Of a stretch of 64,000 nucleotides of DNA, positions 38,918-51,900 are shown piece after piece; the first letter of the stretch is position 1, and the number at the start of each line of letters is the position of its first letter. The notes under the pieces are model-generated. The model saw only the letters and a list, made by a program, of their open reading frames with translations, was not told the origin of the DNA and did not search any database. Origin of the DNA: Pseudothermotoga sp. (GTDB lineage Bacteria; Thermotogota; Thermotogae; Thermotogales; DSM-5069); assembly GCA_031962025.1 (NCBI GenBank), contig JAVRKW010000003.1, one strand, 5' to 3'. The translations under genes and the position numbers were made by a program.

Positions 38918-40744
38918 TTACTGAATAGGTCTGAGTGTAGTGCTCACATTTACAGTTTTTCTGTCCACCTTGAGCGTCATTACTTCCGCGTAATATCCAC
39001 CTTTGATCAAAACCAACTGATATGTTCCATAATCCAGATCGATCTTCAGCGGAGTCACACCTTTGAGATATCCATTTATGTAGACAAGTGCATTGCTTGG
39101 TGAAGTGCTGATGCTCACAGTTCCAGTTTTTTGTATCGGTTGAAGCGTCAGCGTAATAGACCTTGTCTCATTTGCGGCTAACTGAACATCCACCCATGCA
39201 TCCTCATAATCTGGCATAGAAGCCGAGATTCTGTGTACGACATTTGCATCCAGTTCTATACTCAATCCTGTTGAAGGAGCCTGACCCCAGAGCTTGCCGT
39301 CAACATAAACTGTAGCTCCTACAGGATTGGTGAACACCACGACAGTGCCTTTTTTAACCATAGGCATGAGCGTTATATCCACTCTCTTTGTCTCACCGGA
39401 TGATACGTTCACATTCACAGTTGTATCCTGATAATCTGTAAGCTGTGCGATGATGGTGTGCATACCCGGATCGACCTGAACGGCTATTCCTCCAGAACGA
39501 GCTGTGCCAATGTAATTTCCATCGACGTAAATTGCGGCGCCGGCGGGATTGGTGAATATATTCAGAGTGCCTTTTGTGATCACTGGAACAAGTGTTAGAT
39601 CCACTCTTCTAACCTCTCCAGGTCCAACGGTTATTGTTGTGGTGCTATCCTGATAATTCGAAAGCTTTGCTGTGATAGTGTAAGTGCCCGGGCTCACATC
39701 AAGGCTCAGACCAGAAGGTTGCGTCGTGCCTCTGTACTGGTTGTTCACGTAAATTGAAGCACCGCTTGGGACACTGAAGATGTTCAGTGTAGCCCTTTCT
39801 GGACTCAGATCCAGATTGATCGTTCTGGTTTCACCAGATGCAACTGTGAAGCTTTGCTGAGCTGGTGAATATCCTGCCTTTGTCGCCAGAACGGTGTGCT
39901 GTCCGGGCTGAACTTCTATCTGAACTGGACTGACACCTATGTAATTGCCATCCAGAAAGATCTGAGCGTCGGACGGATTTGTTCTCACATCGAGCATCGT
40001 CTTTTTGATGAAATTCACACTGACCACAACTGTTCTTCCCGCTGTGATGAAAAATGTCTCCGTGGTAACCTGATTCTGCCAGTAGAAAGTGGCAAAGTGC
40101 TGACCTTCGTCCAGTTCAACCCGTGCAGGAGTTGTTCCGATGTATTTTCCATCCACATACACATAGGCACCACTTGGATTGGACTCAAGCTGTGCAATAC
40201 CCGTTTTTGCGGCTTTTCCAACGTAGAAATAGGTAATATCGCTTGCCCATTCGCCTGTCAGATACGGCATGATCTGTTTTTGCACATAGCTTTCTGCATC
40301 TTCAGACAGGATCGGGAAAGACTGAGATATTCCAAGATTTTTGAGCTGTTGAATGATTGGCAAAAAGTTTGTGGAAGCTATTATCTGAATGTATTCTTTG
40401 CCCTCAGGTGGAGTTACTTTGAACGAGTACAGATTCGATATGGGTAGTTTATAAGTCACATTCGGTGCAATGTAGTTGTTCGAATCGTATTTGTTTGGGA
40501 ACAAAAGCGTGATCTTTCCGTCTGTTCTGATATCGTAGATCAAAACATAACAGCTTTTATTTGCCTTGAAAAAGATGTTCAAAGGTTCATTCACCTGATA
40601 GACAGCACCCTCGGGTTTGTTCAGCCAGACTTTCACTTCAAGTTCACCTGGCTTTGGAACGATTATTATGTTCTTTAGCTGCATATCAGCAAAACTCACT
40701 GCCGCAATTATCAAAGTCAATATCACCAGAAAAGTTTTTCTCAT
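38918..40744 (-). CDS. Secreted DUF4384 + six PEGA-repeat protein
   Basis: Signal peptide, 'FKANKSCYVLIYDIRTDGKITLLFPN', repeats of SNPSGAYVYVDGKYIGTTP type. Confidence 0.88.
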   Translation of the reverse strand: MRKTFLVILTLIIAAVSFADMQLKNIIIVPKPGELEVKVWLNKPEGAVYQVNEPLNIFFKANKSCYVLIYDIRTDGKITLLFPNKYDSNNYIAPNVTYKLPISNLYSFKVTPPEGKEYIQIIASTNFLPIIQQLKNLGISQSFPILSEDAESYVQKQIMPYLTGEWASDITYFYVGKAAKTGIAQLESNPSGAYVYVDGKYIGTTPARVELDEGQHFATFYWQNQVTTETFFITAGRTVVVSVNFIKKTMLDVRTNPSDAQIFLDGNYIGVSPVQIEVQPGQHTVLATKAGYSPAQQSFTVASGETRTINLDLSPERATLNIFSVPSGASIYVNNQYRGTTQPSGLSLDVSPGTYTITAKLSNYQDSTTTITVGPGEVRRVDLTLVPVITKGTLNIFTNPAGAAIYVDGNYIGTARSGGIAVQVDPGMHTIIAQLTDYQDTTVNVNVSSGETKRVDITLMPMVKKGTVVVFTNPVGATVYVDGKLWGQAPSTGLSIELDANVVHRISASMPDYEDAWVDVQLAANETRSITLTLQPIQKTGTVSISTSPSNALVYINGYLKGVTPLKIDLDYGTYQLVLIKGGYYAEVMTLKVDRKTVNVSTTLRPIQ

Positions 40745-40757
40745 TCATATCCCCCCT

Positions 40758-41405
40758 TTACTGTCCTGGATATATTACGCGTGCATCTACGACTTTATCA
40801 TCGTCAATTCTAAAGAATGCAAAACCTTTGTTAGTGATAGAAATATCCTTTGGAACGGTGAAAGTTCTCCAATCCCCACCTGCCTGAACGAGAGTGACTT
40901 TATAAACTTTAGAATCGATCTTTTCAAATTCTGCAAGTACATAGTTTGTATTTGCAACCTTTGTTTCGTTACCTTCACCAATTATCAGATCCCAGCTTGT
41001 TCCAAGTAAATCATTGGATTTGAGATACATAATCAAAGTGCCATTGAAAGTTGTTGCACTCGAATTAATTGTACTTTCGATGGTAGATAAACTTGTTGTT
41101 CCATAATTTCCAACATATTCATTGTTGAGATAGACGTTTTTATCAGCTGCTGCAATCTGGAAAATTCCGTTTCGGTAATTAAACCCGTTTGGTTGATTGT
41201 CAAAATCATACCAGAGCATTAAAATATTACTTTTTGAATCACACCATTCAGCAAGGGCTTCCAAATTGGTATCTGTGGCATTTGCCGTTACTTCTACTAT
41301 GTTTTGAGTAATGCTTGATATTGTTAAGGTTAAAGGTCCACATCCCACCAGAATCAGAGCCACTGCGACTGCTGTTAAAATCAACCAGAGTTTTGCACCT
41401 TTCAT
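40758..41405 (-). CDS. Hypothetical lipoprotein
   Basis: Lipobox LVGC after a hydrophobic stretch; SD GAGGGGGTGG; visibly AT-rich. Confidence 0.75.
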   Translation of the reverse strand: MKGAKLWLILTAVAVALILVGCGPLTLTISSITQNIVEVTANATDTNLEALAEWCDSKSNILMLWYDFDNQPNGFNYRNGIFQIAAADKNVYLNNEYVGNYGTTSLSTIESTINSSATTFNGTLIMYLKSNDLLGTSWDLIIGEGNETKVANTNYVLAEFEKIDSKVYKVTLVQAGGDWRTFTVPKDISITNKGFAFFRIDDDKVVDARVIYPGQ

Positions 41406-41430
41406 TCAACCACCCCCTCGAGTTTTTGTT

Positions 41431-42801
41431 TCATCGGTACGTGAAGGAATAGATCATTTTCGCACCCTTTCGATATACGAAGATCGCTACGAAATCTCCC
41501 TGCTTGATTTTGCTAACGGTACTGTTCCAATCTTCGACAGATGTTATCGAAAGACTCTTGCCGTTGACAGCCATCTGGTAAATCACATCGCCCGTTTGAA
41601 TTTGAGAGGAATTTTTAACCTGCCTGACAATAACACCTTTCAGTGCCGAAGGCAGTGAGTATGTTTCCCTATCTGTGTCTTTTATATCGTCCACGACAAT
41701 GCCAGCGAACTCTTTCGCCGCAACTGTTGATTCAGCATTCTCTTCTGCCGAAGAGCCGAGTGTGACAGTCAAAACGATTTCTTTGCCTGATCTGTTCACA
41801 ACAATTTTCACAGTGTCACCCGGAACATGGCTGTGAATCAAAGAAACGAGTTCTGCATCTGTTGAGACAGAAACGTTGTCTAATTTTAAGATCACGTCGT
41901 TTTCTTTCAAACCATATCTTTCAGCCGGAGAATTTTCAAGCACCTGAACAACCAGAACGCCCTGATTTGTCTTTAATCCCATTGCCTTTGCAAGGTTTTC
42001 TGTGACCGTCATGAGCCTGACACCAAGGTATGCTTTCTGGGTTTTACCGGTTTGGACAAGCTGGTTTACAAATCTTTTGACCGTGTTGATGGGTATGGCA
42101 AACCCCAGATTAACAGCTTCTGTCGGATTTATGATCGCTGTGTTTATACCTATCACCTGTCCATGGATGTTCAGCAAAGGTCCGCCGCTGTTACCCGGGT
42201 TAATGGCTGCGTCTGTCTGTATCAGGTTCGTGTAATAACCAGATCCATCTGGTTTTGGGATGCGTCTGCCCGTTGCGCTCACAACACCTATGGTGACTGT
42301 GTGCTGAAAGCCAAGCGGGTTTCCTATCGCGATAGCCCATTCTCCTATCTTGAGATTGTCTGAATCTCCAAATTCCAGTATTGGCAGGTCTCTGTCTGGC
42401 TTGATTTTCAAAACAGCTATGTCGAGTTCTTCATCTCCGCCTATGTATTCTGCTTTGTAGCTCTTGCCATCGAGTAATGTGACTGTTATGTCCTTTGAGC
42501 CATCCACGACGTGTTCGTTTGTGAGTATTAAACCTTCCTTGTCGAATATGAATCCAGATCCAAGGCTCGTGCTTTGCTGGGTACCGCCGAACGGATTGTA
42601 TCCAAACCAGCGTTTGAAGAATTCTTCCATGAATGGATCAAAGTAAGGAGAGGTTGTGTACTTGACCGCTTCCACTTTCACAACCGCCGGTGCACACTGT
42701 TCAACCACAGCCACAACCGGGCTTTCATAATCTGGATTTAAATAAGCAAAAACAGCCACACTTGCAACCAGTATCGCTACAACTGCTAACAACTTTTTCA
42801 T
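41431..42801 (-). CDS. htrA: DegP/HtrA serine protease with PDZ domains
   Basis: LGSGFI, TNEHVV, IQTDAAINPGNSGGPL. Confidence 0.95.
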   Translation of the reverse strand: MKKLLAVVAILVASVAVFAYLNPDYESPVVAVVEQCAPAVVKVEAVKYTTSPYFDPFMEEFFKRWFGYNPFGGTQQSTSLGSGFIFDKEGLILTNEHVVDGSKDITVTLLDGKSYKAEYIGGDEELDIAVLKIKPDRDLPILEFGDSDNLKIGEWAIAIGNPLGFQHTVTIGVVSATGRRIPKPDGSGYYTNLIQTDAAINPGNSGGPLLNIHGQVIGINTAIINPTEAVNLGFAIPINTVKRFVNQLVQTGKTQKAYLGVRLMTVTENLAKAMGLKTNQGVLVVQVLENSPAERYGLKENDVILKLDNVSVSTDAELVSLIHSHVPGDTVKIVVNRSGKEIVLTVTLGSSAEENAESTVAAKEFAGIVVDDIKDTDRETYSLPSALKGVIVRQVKNSSQIQTGDVIYQMAVNGKSLSITSVEDWNSTVSKIKQGDFVAIFVYRKGAKMIYSFTYR

Positions 42802-43761
42802 TCACAACACCTCCTGTCGATATTGTCTTCAATCCGTTCGACTGAACTATTGTTACATTCGTTCATTAGAAAACTATTAAAAAACTCTTCTGTGATTTTT
42901 TCTACATCTTCAACTCTGTTCAGTTTCATGAATCTCTCTCTGAATTCTCTTGCACCTTTCATGCCGTGAGTGTATCCTGCTATGTACTGGCGCATTTTGT
43001 ATATGGAACGCTCCCCTTCTTCCTGAATCTGCATCTTCAGGTGTGCTAAAAACATCTTTTTTATTTCTTCCGTTGCAGGTGTTCTTTTTTGGATTATCTG
43101 TGCAAAGACCCATGGTTTTCTCAGAGCACCTCGGGCTATCAAAACTGAGTTTGCACAGGACAGTTCAAGTGCTCTGTGAAAGTCCTCGGGTTCGTAGATA
43201 TCTCCACTTATCGCAGTGGGTATGCCGTACTTTGAAAGCTTCAGATCCCAGACAGCCCTTTTGCTGTACTGCTGAACGACAGTCCTTCCGTGGACTTCTA
43301 CTCCATCTGCGCCGGATTTTACACAGCACTGCACGATCTGATCCAGGTTGTTTTCTTCAAAACCAATCCTTATTTTGACGGTGACAGGTTTCTGTACAGA
43401 TGATTTAACGGCTTCTATTATCCTGCCAAGTCTTTCAAGGTCTTTGAGCAGAACGCCACCGGAACCTTTCTTGATCACTTTTTTCACAGGGCATGCTGCG
43501 TTTATATCGATCCACGCCGCATAGTCCTGAATGATCTTTGCAGCCTGAGCAACGGTTTTTGGCTCACTTCCAAAAAGCTGAACCGCGACATTTGATTCGT
43601 CTTTTGGAAGCATTTTCTGCACTATCTTGAAATTTCTGATGACACTTTCTGCACTTATCATCTCTGTAAAGGAAAACTGCGCGCCCCATGAAGAGCAAAC
43701 GACTCTGAAAGGTCTGTTCGTGATGCCTGCCATTGGAGCAAGTCCGACAATACCCGGATAC

Positions 43762-43775
<14 letters not shown>
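42798..43775 (-). CDS. dus: tRNA-dihydrouridine synthase; start probably upstream of ATG 43733 (ATT 43775 proposed)
   Basis: VGLAPMAG, AVQLFGS, DINAACP, VHGRT, IARGAL. Confidence 0.9.
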
Positions 43776-45667
<1,892 letters not shown>

Positions 45668-45674
45668 TCAGCGA

Positions 45675-45683
45675 TGATATAAT
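45675..45683 (+). promoter_or_regulatory. Extended -10 promoter directly upstream of murB
   Basis: TGATATAAT, 8 nt before ATG 45692. Confidence 0.55.
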
Positions 45684-45691
45684 CTTTCCTG

Positions 45692-46552
45692 ATGACAGTA
45701 GATAAGAGATTTTGCGAATACAGATTCGATGAACCGTTGAATAGACATACGAGTTTTAAAATCGGTGGTAATGCATCGGTTTTTGTGCGTCCCAGATCTG
45801 TTGATGGTCTGATCTGTGCGCTTGAGAAATTCGAGTATGCGAAAATCCTTGCAAAAGGCACCAACGTCCTTGCACCGGACGAAGGTGTCGATGCTGTGGT
45901 GAGCACACTTGGTTTGAACAGGTATTATCTGAAAGGTGATTTGATCATCAGTGAAGCTGGTGTCTCGCTTTCAACTTTGTGCAGATCAGCCGCACGTCAT
46001 GGACTGTCTGGATTAGAGTTTGCCTATGGTATACCTGGAACCATAGGTGGCGCTGTTTACATGAATGCCGGTGCGTACGGTGGAGAAATATGCGATGTGG
46101 TTGAATATGTTGAGATATACGATCGCAATAAAATAATCACGCTGGACAGATCACAAATGCAATTTTCTTACAGATCAAGTATCTTGAAAAAAACAGATTG
46201 GATCGTTTTAAGAGTAGCGCTGAGATTAAAACCTTCAGACAGTGATGTCATCATAGATCGCATGGAACAGATCATGAAAAAGAGAATTCAAACACAACCT
46301 CTTGATTTACCCAGTGCGGGAAGTGTTTTCAAAAGACCAAGGGAAGACTTTTACGTCGGCAGGGCGATTGAACAGCTCGGTTTGAAGGGATTGCGCATCG
46401 GGGATGCACAGATATCCACAAAACACGCCGGATTCATAGTGAACCTTGGTAGTGCAAAAGCAAGTGATGTCAAAAAACTCATACAGATCATTCAGCATGA
46501 AGTGTACAGAAACTATCAGGTACAACTTGAACCAGAGGTGGAAATCTGGTGA
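45692..46552 (+). CDS. murB: UDP-N-acetylenolpyruvoylglucosamine reductase
   Basis: HTSFKIGG, GIPGTIGGAVYMNAGAYG, SAGSVFKRP, KHAGFIVN, LEPEV. Confidence 0.95.
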   Translation: MTVDKRFCEYRFDEPLNRHTSFKIGGNASVFVRPRSVDGLICALEKFEYAKILAKGTNVLAPDEGVDAVVSTLGLNRYYLKGDLIISEAGVSLSTLCRSAARHGLSGLEFAYGIPGTIGGAVYMNAGAYGGEICDVVEYVEIYDRNKIITLDRSQMQFSYRSSILKKTDWIVLRVALRLKPSDSDVIIDRMEQIMKKRIQTQPLDLPSAGSVFKRPREDFYVGRAIEQLGLKGLRIGDAQISTKHAGFIVNLGSAKASDVKKLIQIIQHEVYRNYQVQLEPEVEIW

Positions 46553-47133
46553 CCGGTTTTCTAACTATCCTGCACGAGTCGCATGCAAAGCTGAATGTTC
46601 AGCGCTCGCAGTTTTATTCGCATGTTTTTGAAGTGAACGATCTGTCGCAGGCAAAAGAAAGAATCAGATCATTTTCAAAGTTATACAACGATGCAACTCA
46701 TCTTTGCTGGGCTTTGAGATTGTTTGAAAAAGAACTCATCGAACTGTCTTCTGATGGGGGAGAGCCGAGCGGGACGGCAGGTTTTCCAATACTGAATGTT
46801 TTGAGAGAGGAAAATCTTGTCAATCTGTGCTGTGTGGTTGTCAGGTATTTTGGTGGAGTAAAACTCGGGATCAGAGGTTTGATAGATGCTTATTCTCAGG
46901 CAGCACGACTCGCACTTGAAAACACAAAGCTTGTCAGGGTTGAGAAGCTTTTTGAACATGTTTTTGAATGCAGATACGAGGAACTTGGAGAACTGCTGGG
47001 TTTCATCAAAAAATCCGGTGGAAAGATAGAAAAGATCGAACATGGTAATCTGGTGACTGTGAAAGCACTTATACCTCAAAAGCTGAACGAATTTCATCCT
47101 GTGGTGACAGAAAAGCTGGTGAAAATAGTATGA
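46549..47133 (+). CDS. YigZ/IMPACT family protein
   Basis: DATHLCWA, SSDGGEPSGTAGFP, VVRYFGGVKLGIRGLIDAY. Confidence 0.9.
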   Translation: MTGFLTILHESHAKLNVQRSQFYSHVFEVNDLSQAKERIRSFSKLYNDATHLCWALRLFEKELIELSSDGGEPSGTAGFPILNVLREENLVNLCCVVVRYFGGVKLGIRGLIDAYSQAARLALENTKLVRVEKLFEHVFECRYEELGELLGFIKKSGGKIEKIEHGNLVTVKALIPQKLNEFHPVVTEKLVKIV

Positions 47134-47678
47134 AAAGGGAGAAGTTTTTTGTAATACTCATGACTGTTTTTGCCTCACTTTTTTTATTTACCTTTCAGGC
47201 ATACCGCTCAGTAAAGCAGTCTAATGAAAGGTATCAGAAAATCATCAAAGCGTACGAATATTACAGTACGGGCAGATACGATGAATTTTCCAAATACGTT
47301 GAACAATACAGGCTCAAGGAGTTATCTTATTTGAACGGCTCGATAAAAGAACAAAAATTCCAGCAACTCTACATGGCTGGTATAAAGGACTTCAACCTTG
47401 GCAATTTCGCCTCTGCCGCTGAACTTTTCAAAAAGGCATTACAGCAGATTGACCAGAAAGACCCCCGAAGGGATGAACTTTTGTATTATATTTCAGTTTC
47501 TCTGGTGAATTCAAACAGATTTGAGGAAGCAAAGATGGAGCTGTCAAATTTTGTGAATCTTGAAAATTCGTCATACAGAAGTAAGGCTCTTCAGCTTTTG
47601 ATCGACGTTTACAAAAAAACCAATGAAACGGTTAAAGCTCAACAGATTGAGAAATTGCTACTGGAGGTGCAGAAATGA
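47130..47678 (+). CDS. Membrane-anchored TPR-like protein
   Basis: N-terminal TM helix; TPR-like 'YMAGIKDFNLGNFASAAELFKKAL'. Confidence 0.7.
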   Translation: MKREKFFVILMTVFASLFLFTFQAYRSVKQSNERYQKIIKAYEYYSTGRYDEFSKYVEQYRLKELSYLNGSIKEQKFQQLYMAGIKDFNLGNFASAAELFKKALQQIDQKDPRRDELLYYISVSLVNSNRFEEAKMELSNFVNLENSSYRSKALQLLIDVYKKTNETVKAQQIEKLLLEVQK

Positions 47679-48982
47679 GAAAGTTGTTTGGAACAGACGG
47701 CATAAGGGGAATCTTCAACGAAGATTTGACCGAAGATCTCGCGTACAGAATTGGACTGACAGTGGGACAGATGCATCCGGATGCGAAGTTTCTTGTTGTT
47801 CGTGATACGCGTGAATCAGGACCTGCTCTGGAAAGAGCTGTGGCAGACGGTCTTGTCAAAAGCGGAGCGACAGTCTACATGGGCGGTGTACTTCCAACGC
47901 CGGCTGCTGCTTTGATAACGAAGATGAAAAACTGGTTTGGAGTTGTGATCTCTGCTTCTCATAACCCGTATCAATACAACGGCATAAAATTGATGAAATC
48001 CGGATTCAAGCTCGATGATGAAGAAGAACTCGAGATTGAAAAAAGGCTTGAAATGAAAGATCAGCCATTCAGACACATTGCAGGACAAATCGTTGATCTT
48101 CACCAGATAGAGGAAGTTTACGTACAGGCAGTTGTGGATATGTTTTCAGACGTTGATTTTAAAGGTATATCTGTCGCTGTCGATGCCGCAAATGGAGCCG
48201 CATACAGAACAACCCCTGCGGTCCTGGAAAGACTGGGCATGAAAGTGACCTGTTATTGCAACGAGCCGGATGGTAAGAACATAAACGACAACTGTGGATC
48301 ACTTTATCCGCAGTACTTATCACAGAGAATTTCCGGTTTTGATCTTGGTATTTTGCACGATGGAGATGCAGACAGGTGTATATTGCTGAGTAAAGATGGT
48401 AAACAGATACATGGAGACAAGATCATGGGAGTCGTCGGCGTTCATATGAAAAAAGAGGGAAGGTTGAAAAACAATCTTTTAGTTGTGACGATCATGAGTA
48501 ATCTTGGCTTGGAACTTTTTTTAAAACAGCATCAGATAGATACGATTCGAACCAAAGTGGGAGATCGGTATGTACTCGATCAGATGCTGAAATTTGATGC
48601 AACCCTTGGTGGGGAAAGATCCGGACATATCATCTTCTTAGACAGATCAACCACAGGAGATGGTCTTATAACAGCACTGGAATTTCTGCGGGTCATGGTG
48701 CTGAGTAAAAAGGATTCGTCTGAACTCGAAAAACAGGTGGACGATCTACCCCAGTGCATGATCAATATCCATGTTCAGGACAAAACAGTTGTGGATCATC
48801 CGTATTTAAAAGAAAAAGTGTCACAATTGCAAAAAAGCGGTTTTAGAATCGTTGTAAGGGCATCTGGCACAGAACCTGTCATAAGAGTTATGGCAGAAGG
48901 CAAGGATGAGTCACAGACGAAAATGGCTGCCGAAGAGATAGCAAATCTCGTCAAAACTCTGGGGGAATTCCAAAGAGGGTGA
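47675..48982 (+). CDS. glmM: Phosphoglucosamine mutase
   Basis: FGTDGIRG, ISASHNP, DGDADR, GGERSGH, RASGTEP. Confidence 0.93.
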   Translation: MRKLFGTDGIRGIFNEDLTEDLAYRIGLTVGQMHPDAKFLVVRDTRESGPALERAVADGLVKSGATVYMGGVLPTPAAALITKMKNWFGVVISASHNPYQYNGIKLMKSGFKLDDEEELEIEKRLEMKDQPFRHIAGQIVDLHQIEEVYVQAVVDMFSDVDFKGISVAVDAANGAAYRTTPAVLERLGMKVTCYCNEPDGKNINDNCGSLYPQYLSQRISGFDLGILHDGDADRCILLSKDGKQIHGDKIMGVVGVHMKKEGRLKNNLLVVTIMSNLGLELFLKQHQIDTIRTKVGDRYVLDQMLKFDATLGGERSGHIIFLDRSTTGDGLITALEFLRVMVLSKKDSSELEKQVDDLPQCMINIHVQDKTVVDHPYLKEKVSQLQKSGFRIVVRASGTEPVIRVMAEGKDESQTKMAAEEIANLVKTLGEFQRG

Positions 48983-48989
48983 AATTTTC

Positions 48990-51900
48990 ATGAAAGCAGG
49001 TATTTGCGTTGGTTCAAGCAGTGTATCAGTTTACTCGGATAAAAATTCACCGCTTTGGATTCAGCACAACGGTGATCCAATAAGTGTTGTGCGACGCATT
49101 CTGGATGATTTGCCAGATTCTGTACAGATTGCATTCACCGGCAGAAAACTCAGAAGGTATTTCAATGCACCTTCGATCTCTGAGTCAGAAGCGTGCGAAA
49201 TAGCATATTCCCATTTGAAAGAAAAATACACAGGATGTCAGGCTATCGTGTCAGCCGGTGGAGAAAATTTCGTTCTGTACAAACTCGATAAAAATGGACA
49301 GATAATCGGTGTTTACACCGGTAACAAATGTGCCTCCGGCACGGGCGAGTTTTTCATGCAACAGCTCAAAAGAATGGGAATAGATCTTTCTCAGATACCG
49401 CATATGAGTTTTGATGGGATATACAAACTCTCTTCCAGGTGTACGGTGTTTTGCAAAAGCGACTGTACACACGCACTGAACAAAGGTGTCCCAAAACAGA
49501 TGGTTTTAAACGGTCTTGGAAAGGTGATGGCAGATAAAATACTTCAACTTGCACATACCGCACGTGTCAGTAAAATACTGCTCATCGGCGGTACCACCAA
49601 GAATGACCTGATGCTCAGACACCTTCAAGGGCAGATAGAATTCATCATACCCGAGGAATCGACGTACTTTGAAGCCTTTGGAGCGTACCTGTGGATTGAC
49701 AGACACCGTACGTGGACTGTTGACAAATCCAGTGTACTGTCCAATAAGTTGCCATCGGCATTTTCCAGACACCAGCCGCTGTTGAATTTTTCTTCAATGG
49801 TCGAATTCAAGCAGACTCAGAGAGGAACAGCTCAGGCTGGTGATGAATGTGTCCTTGGTGTGGATGTTGGATCGACGACCACCAAAGCAACACTGGTGAG
49901 AATGAGCGATAAAAAAATTCTTGCCAGCAGCTATTTACGAACACTCGGAGATCCCATCAATGCGTCCAGAAAATGCTATGAACAGATACTCGAGCAAATC
50001 AGTGTACCCGTCAAGATAGTCGCAGTCGGTGTAACTGGCTCTGGCAGAAAGATAGTTGGACTGCACGTTGGCACGAATGCGGTTTACAACGAGATCATGG
50101 CGCATGCCAAGGCTGCGGCGTTTTTTGACCCGGATGTCGATACGATCTTTGAAATAGGCGGTCAGGATGCCAAGTACACGTACCTGAATCAGGGTGTGCC
50201 GTATGATTATGCCATGAACGAAGCTTGTTCTGCTGGGACGGGGTCTTTTCTGGAAGAAGCGGCGCGAGAATCGCTTGGCATAGATTACACGCAGATAGCT
50301 GATTTTGCTCTGAAAGGAGAAAATCCACCAAATTTCAGTGATCAGTGTGCGGCTTTCATAAACAGTGATATAAAAACAGCCATTCAGGAACAGATTTCGG
50401 CTGAAGATATATGTGCCGGTCTTGTTTATTCTGTATGCATGAATTACATAAATCGAGTAAAGGGAAACAGGCCCGTAGGAAAGAAGCTGTTTGTTCAGGG
50501 TGGAACCTGCTACAATAAAGCGATTCCGTATGCAATGGCGGCGCTGACGGGTAAAAAAGTAATAGTACCACCAGAACCCGGGCTCATGGGTGCATACGGT
50601 GTAGCTCTGCTGACGATGGAAAATCTCGAAAAGGGCATTGTACAAAGAAAATCATACGATCTGAGAGAACTCATAGATCGTCAGGTGAGTTATCTCAAAC
50701 CATTTGTATGCTCTGGTGGTAAGAATAAATGCGATAGAAAGTGTACCATAAGTGTCATCCAGATAGATGGCAAAAGGCTCTTTTTTGGTGGTTCCTGCAA
50801 CATGTACGAAAATATCAGAGAAAACCGTGAGGATACTGAAGAACTGGACTTTTTGAGAAAAAGAGAGCAGATTCTGTACACATTTTCCAATCCGGTTAAT
50901 CCCAGAGCGAAGATTGGATTGAGCCGTTCTTTTGCTATGAACAGTTTGTTCCCATTCTTCCAAAAGTTTTTTTCCGAGCTTGGTTTTGAGATAGTCCTTC
51001 CAGACGAACCCGATGAGCAGGGTAAAGACAGAATGGGTGCAGAATTCTGTTTTCCTGTTGAACAATCTCACGGCTTTATGATTTCTCTACTCAGGAAAAA
51101 ACCAGATTTTGTTTTCATACCCAGGATCAGGGCTATAAAGGTAAATTATTCAAACAGTTCGGGTGTTTTCTGCCCGTTTGTTCAGAGCGAGGCTGACTGG
51201 CTTAGAGCTGACATCTCAGAGCTTGCAAATTTCAAATTGCTGACCTGCAATATCGATTTTACAGAGTCAGATGAACAGATTATAGATTCTCTCTTTGAGA
51301 TGTTAAAGCCGTTGAAAATATCAAACGCAGATGTGAAAAAAGCCTTTTACTGTGCAAAACAGGCACAGCATGAATTTGAGCAGAATTTGAAACAGCTGGG
51401 CAGAAAGTTCCTCCAGGAGGTTGAAAATAAAGGCATAGGAATAGTCATCTTCGGCAGGTCTTACAACGCATTCTTGAGTTACGCCAACCTTGGTGTACCA
51501 AGGAAAATATCCAGCTATGGCTATCCCGTTGCGAGCTTTGATGTTCTGCCGTTTGATAACAAAACAGGATATGAAAACATGTACTGGGCTTGGGGTGAAA
51601 TGATACTGAAAGCCGCCAGTTATGTCAAAGATCACCCAAAGCTGTTCCCGGTTTATATAACCAACTTCAGCTGTGGTCCAGATTCCTTCGTACTTTCCTA
51701 TTTCAAAGATGTGATGAAAGACAAACCTGCTCTGATACTTGAACTTGACAGTCACACCGCAGATGCGGGTATCGAGACGAGAATAGAGGCTTTCTTCGAT
51801 GTCATCAGATACAGAAAGCAAAAACAGCAGGTTAATCAGGTCTACAAACCTTTAAAGGTTCAGATCAATAAAAACGGGGTATTCATACAAAAAGACACAC

